Below, piece after piece: positions 7,978 through 15,581 of a DNA stretch of 61,297 bases (positions are counted from its first letter, which is position 1; the number at the start of each line of letters is the position of its first letter). Location: the IMG/VR virus record IMGVR_UViG_3300037465_000218, positions 1 through 61,297 of that record. The stretch is one strand, 5' to 3'. The translations under genes and the position numbers were made by a program. This DNA is from a virus (lineage: Duplodnaviria > Caudoviricetes). A model generated the notes under the pieces. It was not told where the DNA came from. It saw only the letters and a program-made list of their open reading frames with translations, and made no database searches.

Positions 7978-8292
7978 TCAGCTCTCCCTGATGTGCTTGA
8001 TGGAGACCCCGTCCTCCTTGAGGGCGCGGACGCAGTCCCCGCACAGGTTGGTCTTGAAGGGAGGCAGGGATGCGGCATCCTGCCTCATGAAGCGGTCGGC
8101 GGCGGGGTACTCGTGACACCCGTCACACTCGGGGATTTCGATGCATTCATCCATGATGCGGGACTTGATGCTGGTCTGAACGGCCGCGAGGATGTGCTCC
8201 TCGTTCTGCAAGCCGGCGGCGGCTCGGTTCTTGGCCAGCTCCCGAGCCTTGGCGAATTCTTCGTCGATGATCGTGAGGGCCTTGAGGGCCAT
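7978..8292 (-). CDS. Hypothetical protein with CxxC...CxxC
   Basis: AAGGAG RBS, ATG 8292; CDGC...CGDC. Confidence 0.75.
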   Translation of the reverse strand: MALKALTIIDEEFAKARELAKNRAAAGLQNEEHILAAVQTSIKSRIMDECIEIPECDGCHEYPAADRFMRQDAASLPPFKTNLCGDCVRALKEDGVSIKHIRES

Positions 8293-8352
8293 GGTAATGC
8301 TCCTTGAGTAGGGGTTGGTGTCGGAACCCAACCCGGGATCACCCCGGGTGGC

Positions 8353-8395
8353 AAAAAAAGAGGGAGCCTCCCATGCTGGTGCATGAGAGGCTCCC
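8353..8395 (-). terminator. Intrinsic terminator
   Basis: GGGAGCCTC..CATGC/GCATG..GAGGCTCCC stem followed by T7 on the minus strand. Confidence 0.85.
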
Positions 8396-8483
8396 ATGTT
8401 CTTCTTGCGGCTGGTACCCCGGGGCTCATCCAGGTTGGCTTCCCAACCACGGCGAGCCCCAGGGGTTCAGCTGCTGGCGTTCG

Positions 8484-8960
8484 CTACGCGGCGTTGCGCG
8501 CGAACGGGTTGCCCGAGCGGATCGCCGGCGCGGCCGCCTGGGGCTCCGGCTGCGACGCCGGGGCCTGGGCGGGCGTGTTGGCGGCCTCCGCGAGGGTCGC
8601 CTGCACCTCCTGATCCGCGAAGATCAGGGTGGTGAGGACCGTGCGAAGGGCGGCCGAGCGGGGCATGAAGTGGTCGTAGAACTCGCCGTCGGCCCCCTTC
8701 TCGGAGGGCATGTCGATGTGGGCCTTGCCCTTCAGCGACTTCACGACGATCCCGCGCAGCTTGATGGGGAACTTCACCCCCGTCGCGGTCTTGACCACGA
8801 GGGTCACGTCCGCGTAGCCGAACAGGACGCTCTGCGCGTGGGGCACGATCTTCCGGTGGAACCGGTCGACGCGGCTCTCGTCGCAGATGGACTCCCACAG
8901 GAGGGCGGCCTCCTGGTTGGCGTCCGCGAGGTTCTGGTGCTCGTACTTGGTGCGCTGCAT
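8484..8960 (-). CDS. SpoVG-like nucleic-acid-binding protein
   Basis: GYADVTL...KLRGIVV...HIDMPSEKGADGEFYDHFMP...R..L aligns with the SpoVG pattern (A.ASVT..V.GIKV..G.FVAMPS.K..DGEY.D..HP). Confidence 0.7.
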   Translation of the reverse strand: MQRTKYEHQNLADANQEAALLWESICDESRVDRFHRKIVPHAQSVLFGYADVTLVVKTATGVKFPIKLRGIVVKSLKGKAHIDMPSEKGADGEFYDHFMPRSAALRTVLTTLIFADQEVQATLAEAANTPAQAPASQPEPQAAAPAIRSGNPFARNAA

Positions 8961-9110
8961 GATTGCTCATGCTCCTTGTGCTTCCTGGCTGGTTTCTGGA
9001 TCCCAAGTGGCGGAAGCAGTCCTGTCTGGGATCCCATCATCGGTCTGAGAGAATACCGCTGCGCAGTAGTACCCTCACGGGCTTCCACGCAGCGGCTCTT
9101 CCTGACCGCA

Positions 9111-9127
9111 AAAGATCTAAGCGAATA
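9111..9127. repeat. 17-bp exact repeat AAAGATCTAAGCGAATA, copy 1
   Basis: Identical to 9891-9907; both lie upstream of minus-strand genes. Confidence 0.85.
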
Positions 9128-9484
9128 CACCCCTGCATAGTACCCCCTCTCGGTTCTTCTCCCCTTGAGTGGTACTATCAGTGGGCGGAAAACGAAAAGG
9201 AAAATCCCCACAGATGTCCGACCAGGAATGCGCACGTATGCACACCCAGTAGGTACCAATGGAGTACGCATAGTTGTCTACCTCCATGGTCGCTTCGTGT
9301 AGTACCTACTTTTGGCGTGCGCATCTTTGACCCTCAGGGGTGTGGGCCTTGCTTGGCCCCTGATTGGCGAAAAATGCTCGGCGCAATGGAAAATGAAAGC
9401 GCGCAATGATAAGAGCCCCATGTTGTGTTCGTATCATAGCACGCTTGTTGGTTGCGCATCTATGGAAAGGATCTACCTCTTGGG

Positions 9485-9527
9485 AAAAGAAAGGGGGCCA
9501 ACCTGATAGCATCTCAGGTTAGCCCCC
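9485..9527 (-). terminator. Intrinsic terminator
   Basis: GGGGGC.AACCTGA/TCAGGTT.GCCCCC stem followed by TTTCTTTT on the minus strand. Confidence 0.8.
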
Positions 9528-9568
9528 GTTTCTTCTGGGACAGGGATTGGCTCGCTGTGGGGTGCCGG

Positions 9569-9664
9569 TTAGAGCCAGCGGTCCATGGCCTTGGTGACCA
9601 GCGGATCCACCACGAAGATGAACCCGAAGGTCAGGACGAGCATGATGGTGAAGGCGAGGCCCAT
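9569..9664 (-). CDS. Small membrane peptide (31 aa)
   Basis: MGLAFTIMLVLTFGFIFVVDPLVTKAMDRWL; GC3-rich; directly follows the upstream gene. Confidence 0.6.
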   Translation of the reverse strand: MGLAFTIMLVLTFGFIFVVDPLVTKAMDRWL

Positions 9665-9666
9665 GG

Positions 9667-9843
9667 TTAGAACCTTCCATCACCCGGGATGCAGTGGTAC
9701 ATCTCGGGCTGGTCGTCGATGACGACCGAGAGTCCGCCGCTCTGGCGGATCTCGGTGAGCATCTGGTTGATCTCGCACAGGTCGATGGGGTCGATGGCCT
9801 TCAGCAGGCGATCGGCCTTGGGAGTCCAGTACGGTGCGGGCAT
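9667..9843 (-). CDS. Hypothetical protein (58 aa)
   Basis: AAGGAG RBS before ATG 9843; GC3 bias. Confidence 0.7.
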   Translation of the reverse strand: MPAPYWTPKADRLLKAIDPIDLCEINQMLTEIRQSGGLSVVIDDQPEMYHCIPGDGRF

Positions 9844-9890
9844 GATCTTGCTCCTTCTGGTTGCTGGGTGAGTCTCCGTCAGGCTCACCC

Positions 9891-9907
9891 AAAGATCTAA
9901 GCGAATA
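9891..9907. repeat. 17-bp exact repeat AAAGATCTAAGCGAATA, copy 2
   Basis: Identical to 9111-9127. Confidence 0.85.
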
Positions 9908-10233
9908 GCTCGGCGGAAAGCCTCACTGCGAGGCATCCCCTGGCATTGGCTCTACTTCCGGCAAATACCGGCAGGGTAAAGCGACACCCTGGTACCGGTG
10001 GGGATGCCTCTGAGGCTGCGGAGGGTGGGTTATACGGGGCGATCGGAGGAGGGTTGATACTCCAGGGTCCCCCGCTGAAAGTGTAGAGATGGCAAGGATT
10101 TACACCTGCTGTTGGGTACCACATCTGGGGCCATCAGGGGTGCCAGGACAGAGGAGACCTATTGGTACATGGGGTGTCGATCGCACCCACTCGATAGATA
10201 TGTGGTACTTGGTACTTACCCCGGCCACTACCT

Positions 10234-10272
10234 TGGTGGGTATCGATCGTAGATGGTGGGTATCGATCGTAG
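10234..10272. repeat. Tandem 19-bp direct repeat TGGTGGGTATCGATCGTAG x2
   Basis: Copies at 10234-10252 and 10254-10272 (period 20). Confidence 0.9.
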
Positions 10273-10508
10273 CTGCTCCCGTTGGTCGCTATCTACTACC
10301 ATAGATGTTAGGCTACGATCGATGGGGCCATGGTACCTATTGGAGGCACCTACTTTTGGTACATGCATCCGTGGCCCTCGGGGGTGAAGTCCAAGGGTGA
10401 ATCTCTGGGGGCACCTTGTTTTGGTGTATGCATCTGGGGGCCTTCCCTGCGGGCGGCTGGTAATGAATCGGGTTGGCCGGCTTGGGTGGCGTGTCTATCT
10501 CTGGGGCC

Positions 10509-10546
10509 AAAAAAGGGGGTTGCTGACGCTTTGGTCAGCAACCCCC
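10509..10546 (-). terminator. Intrinsic terminator
   Basis: 13-bp perfect stem GGGGGTTGCTGAC/GTCAGCAACCCCC followed by T6 on the minus strand. Confidence 0.85.
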
Positions 10547-10585
10547 GGAGGGAGAACGGAGCGCGCGCGGCGCGCTGTGCCATGG

Positions 10586-10622
10586 AAAGATCCGGGGGTA
10601 CCCTCTCGGGTACCCCCGGATC
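10586..10622 (-). terminator. Hairpin/terminator after the SpoVG-like gene
   Basis: 15-bp perfect inverted repeat GATCCGGGGGTACCC (10589-10603/10608-10622) with a short T tract. Confidence 0.6.
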
Positions 10623-10637
10623 AGCGAGCGTAGCGAG

Positions 10638-10997
10638 CTACGCCGCCGAGCGCTTCCGCTCGGCGCGCTCCACCGCGCGGCTCACCGCGGGAAGCGAGAA
10701 CACGAGGCGCGTCAGCGTCTCGCGGGTCTCGCGGTTCGCGGAGAAGTACCGCGCGATCCAGCGCTCCTCCCCGCGGACCTCCTTGAGGTCTGCGGGGAAG
10801 TCCACCCGCGGAGCACCGTCGGCGGTGATCCGCACCTGAAGATCGGGCATCCCGATCTTCAGGTCCGCGCCGTCGTCGAGGACCCCCTCGACGACGAGCT
10901 CGGCATACAGGTAGCCGAGGAAGATGGAACCGCCCTCGTTCAGGCGGATCGCCTCGTTGAAGCGAGCGGAGTCGAGCGAAACGATGGACTTGGACAT
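10638..10997 (-). CDS. SpoVG-like protein (divergent paralogue); first gene of the GC-rich arm
   Basis: LGYLYAELVV...KIGMPDLQVR...PRVDFPA...YFSANRETRETLTRLVF parallels 8484-8960; AGGAG RBS. Confidence 0.6.
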   Translation of the reverse strand: MSKSIVSLDSARFNEAIRLNEGGSIFLGYLYAELVVEGVLDDGADLKIGMPDLQVRITADGAPRVDFPADLKEVRGEERWIARYFSANRETRETLTRLVFSLPAVSRAVERAERKRSAA

Positions 10998-11022
10998 GCG
11001 AGTCTCCTAACGAGCATGGACA

Positions 11023-11184
11023 AGTCCCAGCAGGACCCGTTCCTGCGGGGACTGCGTCCTAGAATAGCGGTCGTCTTCGACCGCTTCCGAAGAGCGAAGC
11101 GAATCTCTTCGCTCTTCCGAGATCCCGTACGCTTTGGTACGGGATCTCGGAATTGAGCGCGCGCTGTGAAAGCGCACGCTCAAT
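11023..11184. repeat. Array of five closely spaced inverted repeats
   Basis: Stems at 11023-11053, 11066-11085, 11089-11117 (11 bp), 11115-11152 (16 bp perfect) and 11152-11184. Confidence 0.85.
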
Positions 11185-11520
11185 CCGCTTGCGCCAGCTC
11201 AGACCGAAGGGATGAGCGAAGCAAGCTTCCAAAGCATCCAGAACGCGAGAGCGGTCGGGATGCTGATGGCGAGTAGACGAGACATGAGTGGTCCTCCACG
11301 AATGGCGAGTCTACGAGCACCCGCACGCACCATGCGTGCGGGTTCTCTCGTTTTACCCCCGGGAGGGGGTATAAACGATGAGGCCTATCAAGTATCTAAG
11401 AGAATCTGGAGGTGCCTGGTACTACACTTCCAGGGATGAAAGGTTTAGGGGAAGACTGACGGGGTATATGGGTACCTGGGAAAATGTGGCGGGGATGTGG
11501 AGGTGTTAGGGGAGGATCCC

Positions 11521-11549
11521 TTGACAAGTGTAGACGGATTGCGTATGAT
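11521..11549 (+). promoter_or_regulatory. sigma70-type promoter
   Basis: TTGACA-17 nt-TATGAT. Confidence 0.85.
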
Positions 11550-11568
11550 TCCTCCAGGAGGAATAGAT

Positions 11569-11880
11569 GTGACTCATTCTAATCTCAAGCAGACTATTGA
11601 GACTTACTACATAGTGCAACGACGTAGGAAGAATGGCCGATGGGTTCAAATTCACCCGCCGAGAAAATTTGGTACGGGGCACCACGGACTGGGCCTTAAA
11701 CTCCTACGGGAGTGGGTCTGGAACTTGGAGCACCGGGAATGGCCTTGGAAAAAGGTTTCTCATCCTTTAGGCCAATTGCGAATAGTCCGAGTTGAGCGAG
11801 TCCGGACTGAGCAGAAGTTCTTTGAACCTACCAAGTTTAATCCCAGGCGCAAGAAAAGTCGGTCTGGAAGGTGGGTATAA
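11569..11880 (+). CDS. Basic hypothetical protein
   Basis: AGGAGG RBS before GTG 11569, downstream of the promoter. Confidence 0.7.
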   Translation: MTHSNLKQTIETYYIVQRRRKNGRWVQIHPPRKFGTGHHGLGLKLLREWVWNLEHREWPWKKVSHPLGQLRIVRVERVRTEQKFFEPTKFNPRRKKSRSGRWV

Positions 11881-11894
11881 AGGCTTCAAGTTTG

Positions 11895-11923
11895 TTGCAA
11901 GTTAGCTCATTCTATCGTATAAT
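11895..11923 (+). promoter_or_regulatory. sigma70-type promoter
   Basis: TTGCAA-17 nt-TATAAT. Confidence 0.8.
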
Positions 11924-12045
11924 TTCCTGTGAGGGCATAGTGATTGCTCTCAAGTTGTGTGAGATTCGTTCGGAGCGCGCCGAGAAAATTGTGTAAATGC
12001 CTGGTTTTGCTCGGATTACGCTCACATCCAAGAATTGAGGTTTTC

Positions 12046-12387
12046 ATGGTAGATATCAACGGAAATCCCGGAGTTGTTGTCGAAGAGGCCAACTACGACA
12101 AGAAGACTATGCAGGCCAATTTCTCGGCTTTGCTTTATCTTCTCACCGAACAACAGGCTATGATTGGCAAATTGCTCCAGGCTTTGCTGGATAGTGGCGT
12201 GTTGCGCTCGCACCAATTGTCCGCCATCACGGACATGGAAGCAGGGGACGAAGGCCTACACCCTACATATACCCTTTTGTACCAGCGCTACGCTCAGTAC
12301 TTCATGCGTACCAAAGAGCTACTCGACAATCCACCCGATCCGGACGGAACCTATCGCGATAAGCCCAAGGAGCCGATCCATGGTTAA
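12046..12387 (+). CDS. Hypothetical protein (paralogue of the next gene)
   Basis: GAGG RBS; shares QA..AL..L..E...L.D.G.LR...AI pattern. Confidence 0.75.
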   Translation: MVDINGNPGVVVEEANYDKKTMQANFSALLYLLTEQQAMIGKLLQALLDSGVLRSHQLSAITDMEAGDEGLHPTYTLLYQRYAQYFMRTKELLDNPPDPDGTYRDKPKEPIHG

Positions 12388-12775
12388 AGGTGAAGGGGTA
12401 ATGGATAAACAGGCGCGCGGAGAATTTAGCCAAATCTCTGAGCGCGATAAGGAAATCCAAGCGTCTATTTGGGCTTTGATTTTCCTGACCTCGGAAATGG
12501 CTTTGGCTTTTCGGGCCCTCCGAGACAAGTTACAGGATCGGGGTGCTTTGCGACCCGAGGACAATGCGGCTATCGATCAACTCGCTTCTGAGGGGGAAAA
12601 TCTACGCCGCGCCTACGAGCACATTGAGAAGGCCTTCCGCGAAAAGTATGATCGCGTCTGGACGGCCATGGAAGCCCCAGCCGAAGTCACCAATTTTGTA
12701 CAAGAGCGATTCGGATCGGGGAAGATCGTTGATTTGAACGACCAAAAATTACCTGTGGTTACAGGAACGAAGTAG
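12380..12775 (+). CDS. Hypothetical protein (paralogue of the previous gene)
   Basis: AAGGAG RBS; start 12380 or 12401. Confidence 0.75.
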   Translation: MVKGEGVMDKQARGEFSQISERDKEIQASIWALIFLTSEMALAFRALRDKLQDRGALRPEDNAAIDQLASEGENLRRAYEHIEKAFREKYDRVWTAMEAPAEVTNFVQERFGSGKIVDLNDQKLPVVTGTK

Positions 12776-12784
12776 GGGATTATC

Positions 12785-13123
12785 ATGAACCGAGAGATTC
12801 ACATCGACATGGAAGAGACGACCACTGCTTTGGCCGAAAGGCTGGCCCACGATACCATGTTCCGCGCCATCTGCGCTGGTGATCCCACCGCCATGCGTCG
12901 TCTTGAACAACAGGGGAGCATCAAAATTCCTATCGATCTACGAAGAGAGACTCCGCTTGGTCAACGCCAGGTCGAGTCTCTTTTGCGTTTTATGGTCCCG
13001 CGCGAAATTGAACGGGCCATGGAAGACGCAGAAGGGGACAATAAAGTCTACGACGACTTAGGGGAGCATCGCATTCTTGGGCGCGCCAAAAAGGTAAAGG
13101 CTTCCCGCATCCTGGAGAGCTAA
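12785..13123 (+). CDS. Hypothetical protein
   Basis: 112 aa, operon packing. Confidence 0.75.
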   Translation: MNREIHIDMEETTTALAERLAHDTMFRAICAGDPTAMRRLEQQGSIKIPIDLRRETPLGQRQVESLLRFMVPREIERAMEDAEGDNKVYDDLGEHRILGRAKKVKASRILES

Positions 13124-13764
13124 TGTCACTAGACGACATCTGGCGGGATTTCTACATTGAGAATACTCGCGCAGACTTGGACGCTGCTTGGGATGCTGCT
13201 GCCCCGTCTAACCCCGTCAATGTTCTGGAGCTGGGTGTATGTAATGGGGGAAGCCTCAGGTACTGGTCGGAGCGAGTTCCGGAAAACGGATTAGTCGTTG
13301 GCGTTGATATCTCGCCCACAATTTTTGATCAGATCACAGGCAAAGTCCGCAAGGGAAATTGGCAGATCCGCGAGATGGTGACCGATAACATCGCGCGACT
13401 AGAAAGCAGCCGTGAGGTCTATGTGGTATGCGGCGATTCTTCAAGACCCGAAACCCGCCAATGGGTGGAAGGTCTTCTCGGGGATCGGAAATTCGATCTT
13501 TTCTACCACGATGCCATGCACTATGACGTTATCCCGTTGCAGGACATCAACAACTATCAGCACCTTCTCCGTATGGGCGGGACGCTGATCGTGGCCGACA
13601 CCCACATGGCACGTCAACCCGAGCTGATTGAATTTTGCGATATCACTTACGAAACAATTGGTACTAATCAGGTGGTCCACCGACTCCCGCCCGAGAAAAG
13701 AGTTTTGAGCACTTCGCAAGAAATGGTGGCGTGGCTCAAGGATCGGGAAATCAAGATGCGATAG
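13123..13764 (+). CDS. Class I SAM-dependent methyltransferase (Methyltransf_24-like)
   Basis: VLELGVCNGGS, VVGVDI, GDS, FDLFYHDAMH, LRMGGTLIVAD. Confidence 0.85.
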   Translation: MSLDDIWRDFYIENTRADLDAAWDAAAPSNPVNVLELGVCNGGSLRYWSERVPENGLVVGVDISPTIFDQITGKVRKGNWQIREMVTDNIARLESSREVYVVCGDSSRPETRQWVEGLLGDRKFDLFYHDAMHYDVIPLQDINNYQHLLRMGGTLIVADTHMARQPELIEFCDITYETIGTNQVVHRLPPEKRVLSTSQEMVAWLKDREIKMR

Positions 13765-13774
13765 GAGTGAAGAG

Positions 13775-13921
13775 ATGTGGCAAGCCTTCCTAGAGGAGCT
13801 GGGTAAGCTTCTTGCTTTCATCGGTATCCTGCTACTGATCTCTCTCCCAGGCTGGGCAGCCCTAGGGCTGCTGTACTTCCTGGGTCACTTTTTCAAAGCA
13901 CTGGGCGTCGAAGTCCAGTAG
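13775..13921 (+). CDS. Small membrane protein (48 aa)
   Basis: MWQAFLEELGKLLAFIGILLLISLPGWAALGLLYFL...; GGAG RBS. Confidence 0.6.
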   Translation: MWQAFLEELGKLLAFIGILLLISLPGWAALGLLYFLGHFFKALGVEVQ

Positions 13922-13928
13922 GAGCAGC

Positions 13929-14174
13929 ATGGCACTAGAGCGCGCCCTCGAAATGCTTCTGGATGAAGTCCGGGCCAGGATCGCCCATCTGCAAAACGTA
14001 AAGCGCCTAATCAAAGCGGATTTAGCGGAGGAGCGAGGCCGTGCCAATTCTGACGAACGTATCACTCCAGTTCGATGGGAAGACCGAGTACTTGGAGAAT
14101 GCGTTTCAACAGGCGATCGGGATAGCCAACCTGTGGACAATCACGATCTGGATCAAACCAAAAGAAACACCTAG
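13929..14174 (+). CDS. Hypothetical coiled-coil protein
   Basis: AGGAG RBS; overlaps the next gene by 134 nt. Confidence 0.45.
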   Translation: MALERALEMLLDEVRARIAHLQNVKRLIKADLAEERGRANSDERITPVRWEDRVLGECVSTGDRDSQPVDNHDLDQTKRNT

Positions 14175-14859
14175 TGTATTTACGACTAGCGGCCAGCCAC
14201 TTTTCAAGCCAGACGGAAAAGCTCTCCTCCACCTCAAGGGAATAGGCCACAGAAACGAAGTTCTGATTTGGGGCGACCGGATCAAAGATAGTACCAGTGA
14301 GGAATTCATCGTAGTAGAGAACTGGAATGCGGACGCTGGACGTATTCGAGTTACCAGATTCAACATGGCCCAGAAGCGACAGGAGTGGAGACTTTTTGCC
14401 TGCGCTTGGGATGGCAGTAACTTGCATGCCTGGGATAACGGCATCAAGTTGACAGATACATACGACACGGTTTCAGGAACCGGGTCTTTCATCATGGAAG
14501 ACCCGACCACGAGCGGGCGGGCCCGCGCTTTGCGCTTAGGAGTAGCCTACACTGGCGTACCCTACACATTAGAAGATCCGCGTTTAGTCTCATGGTCGGG
14601 AATGATTGGTCCCGTCGGAGTTTGGAACACGGTACTGGGCGATCTGGAACTTGGAGCAATTGCTTCTGGAACGTTCGCATACGACCTGAGTACCAACTCT
14701 GGGACCTATACCTCCAGTGGCACCTTAGTCCACTGGTGGCGGCTTGGTGCCGATAGCACTGATATAGGCAAGGACTACGCCCCAACGGGGGACAAATCAA
14801 TAAACATCGGAGTTGACGCCACCGTAACCGGCACCAACATTGTGGTGGATTCACCATGA
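14041..14859 (+). CDS. LamG/concanavalin-like virion protein
   Basis: SLQFDG...WTITIWIKP...WDG...HWWRLG LamG pattern; paralogue of 30888-31694. Confidence 0.75.
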   Translation: MPILTNVSLQFDGKTEYLENAFQQAIGIANLWTITIWIKPKETPSVFTTSGQPLFKPDGKALLHLKGIGHRNEVLIWGDRIKDSTSEEFIVVENWNADAGRIRVTRFNMAQKRQEWRLFACAWDGSNLHAWDNGIKLTDTYDTVSGTGSFIMEDPTTSGRARALRLGVAYTGVPYTLEDPRLVSWSGMIGPVGVWNTVLGDLELGAIASGTFAYDLSTNSGTYTSSGTLVHWWRLGADSTDIGKDYAPTGDKSINIGVDATVTGTNIVVDSP

Positions 14860-15581
14860 CCGCGGAAAATGGATTCAATAGAGCGCCGTTACAGAGTACG
14901 GCTACTACTGGCCCACTTTTCACGGAACAGGAGTTTTCCTGGGTCCACACGGAAGGCACTACTGGAAGTGGTTCTTTCCTCGTGGTCTTCGTAGGCTCGA
15001 TTGACACCAGTCGAGAAGGAAGGGCACAGGCACTTAGCGCAACTTTTTCAGGGGCCACCAACCAAATGTTGACTCTGGCACACGAGTTAACAGGTAACGG
15101 CCGAGCGTTTCCTTCGGCCCACATTTTCACATTGACCAATCCCAGCTTCTCGGGAACCTATCCCAATACTAGCGGGACAATCACAGTGAGAATGAATGAA
15201 CCAGTGTCCAATGCTCACGCCCTCTCTGTAGTTTTTTCGGGCGTGAACACCACGTCTCTAGGATACGCGCCGGGCAGTTTCCGCGACCGAGTCGAACACA
15301 ATATCACATCGACCGGTACTTTCAGCGGCTCTCTCCCGGCGTCTCCTGGGGACCTACTAGTAGATTGTGTCGTGGCTAATGCGGGTCTTCCAGATGATCA
15401 TACGCTGGGCCCCGATCAGATTTTGATCGACAAGCTTTATCTGAATTCGGGCGAAAGCGCAGCTATGTCAGTAAGTCACAAAATCGCCAGCACGGCGGCC
15501 CACACTAAAGGGATGTTCCGTAGCGGAGTCACCGCTTTGGAAACCGTTAGTGAGGTGAAGTTCGTAGTAGAGATGAACTAA
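14856..15581 (+). CDS. Ser/Thr/Gly-rich putative virion protein
   Basis: Paralogue of 31694-32386; ATGA coupled. Confidence 0.7.
   Translation: MTAENGFNRAPLQSTATTGPLFTEQEFSWVHTEGTTGSGSFLVVFVGSIDTSREGRAQALSATFSGATNQMLTLAHELTGNGRAFPSAHIFTLTNPSFSGTYPNTSGTITVRMNEPVSNAHALSVVFSGVNTTSLGYAPGSFRDRVEHNITSTGTFSGSLPASPGDLLVDCVVANAGLPDDHTLGPDQILIDKLYLNSGESAAMSVSHKIASTAAHTKGMFRSGVTALETVSEVKFVVEMN

Noticed and set aside
4-9140. Long plus-strand ORFs in the left arm (e.g. 4-1077, 2068-2748, 8304-9140)
   Set aside because: Antisense shadows of GC3-rich minus-strand genes; no RBS or family motifs
9100-11400. CRISPR mini-array
   Set aside because: Repeats are neither regularly spaced nor identical with unique 30-40 nt spacers; no cas genes
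9306-11439. Track ORFs within the repeat tracts (9306-9512, 9897-10124, 10089-10304, 10330-10839, 11212-11439)
   Set aside because: No RBS, no codon bias like neighbouring genes, and they run through terminators or repeats
11000-11500. Prophage/host attachment junction explaining the GC shift
   Set aside because: No integrase, tRNA or att duplication, and both sides have phage-type gene content; an assembly chimera cannot be excluded without reads
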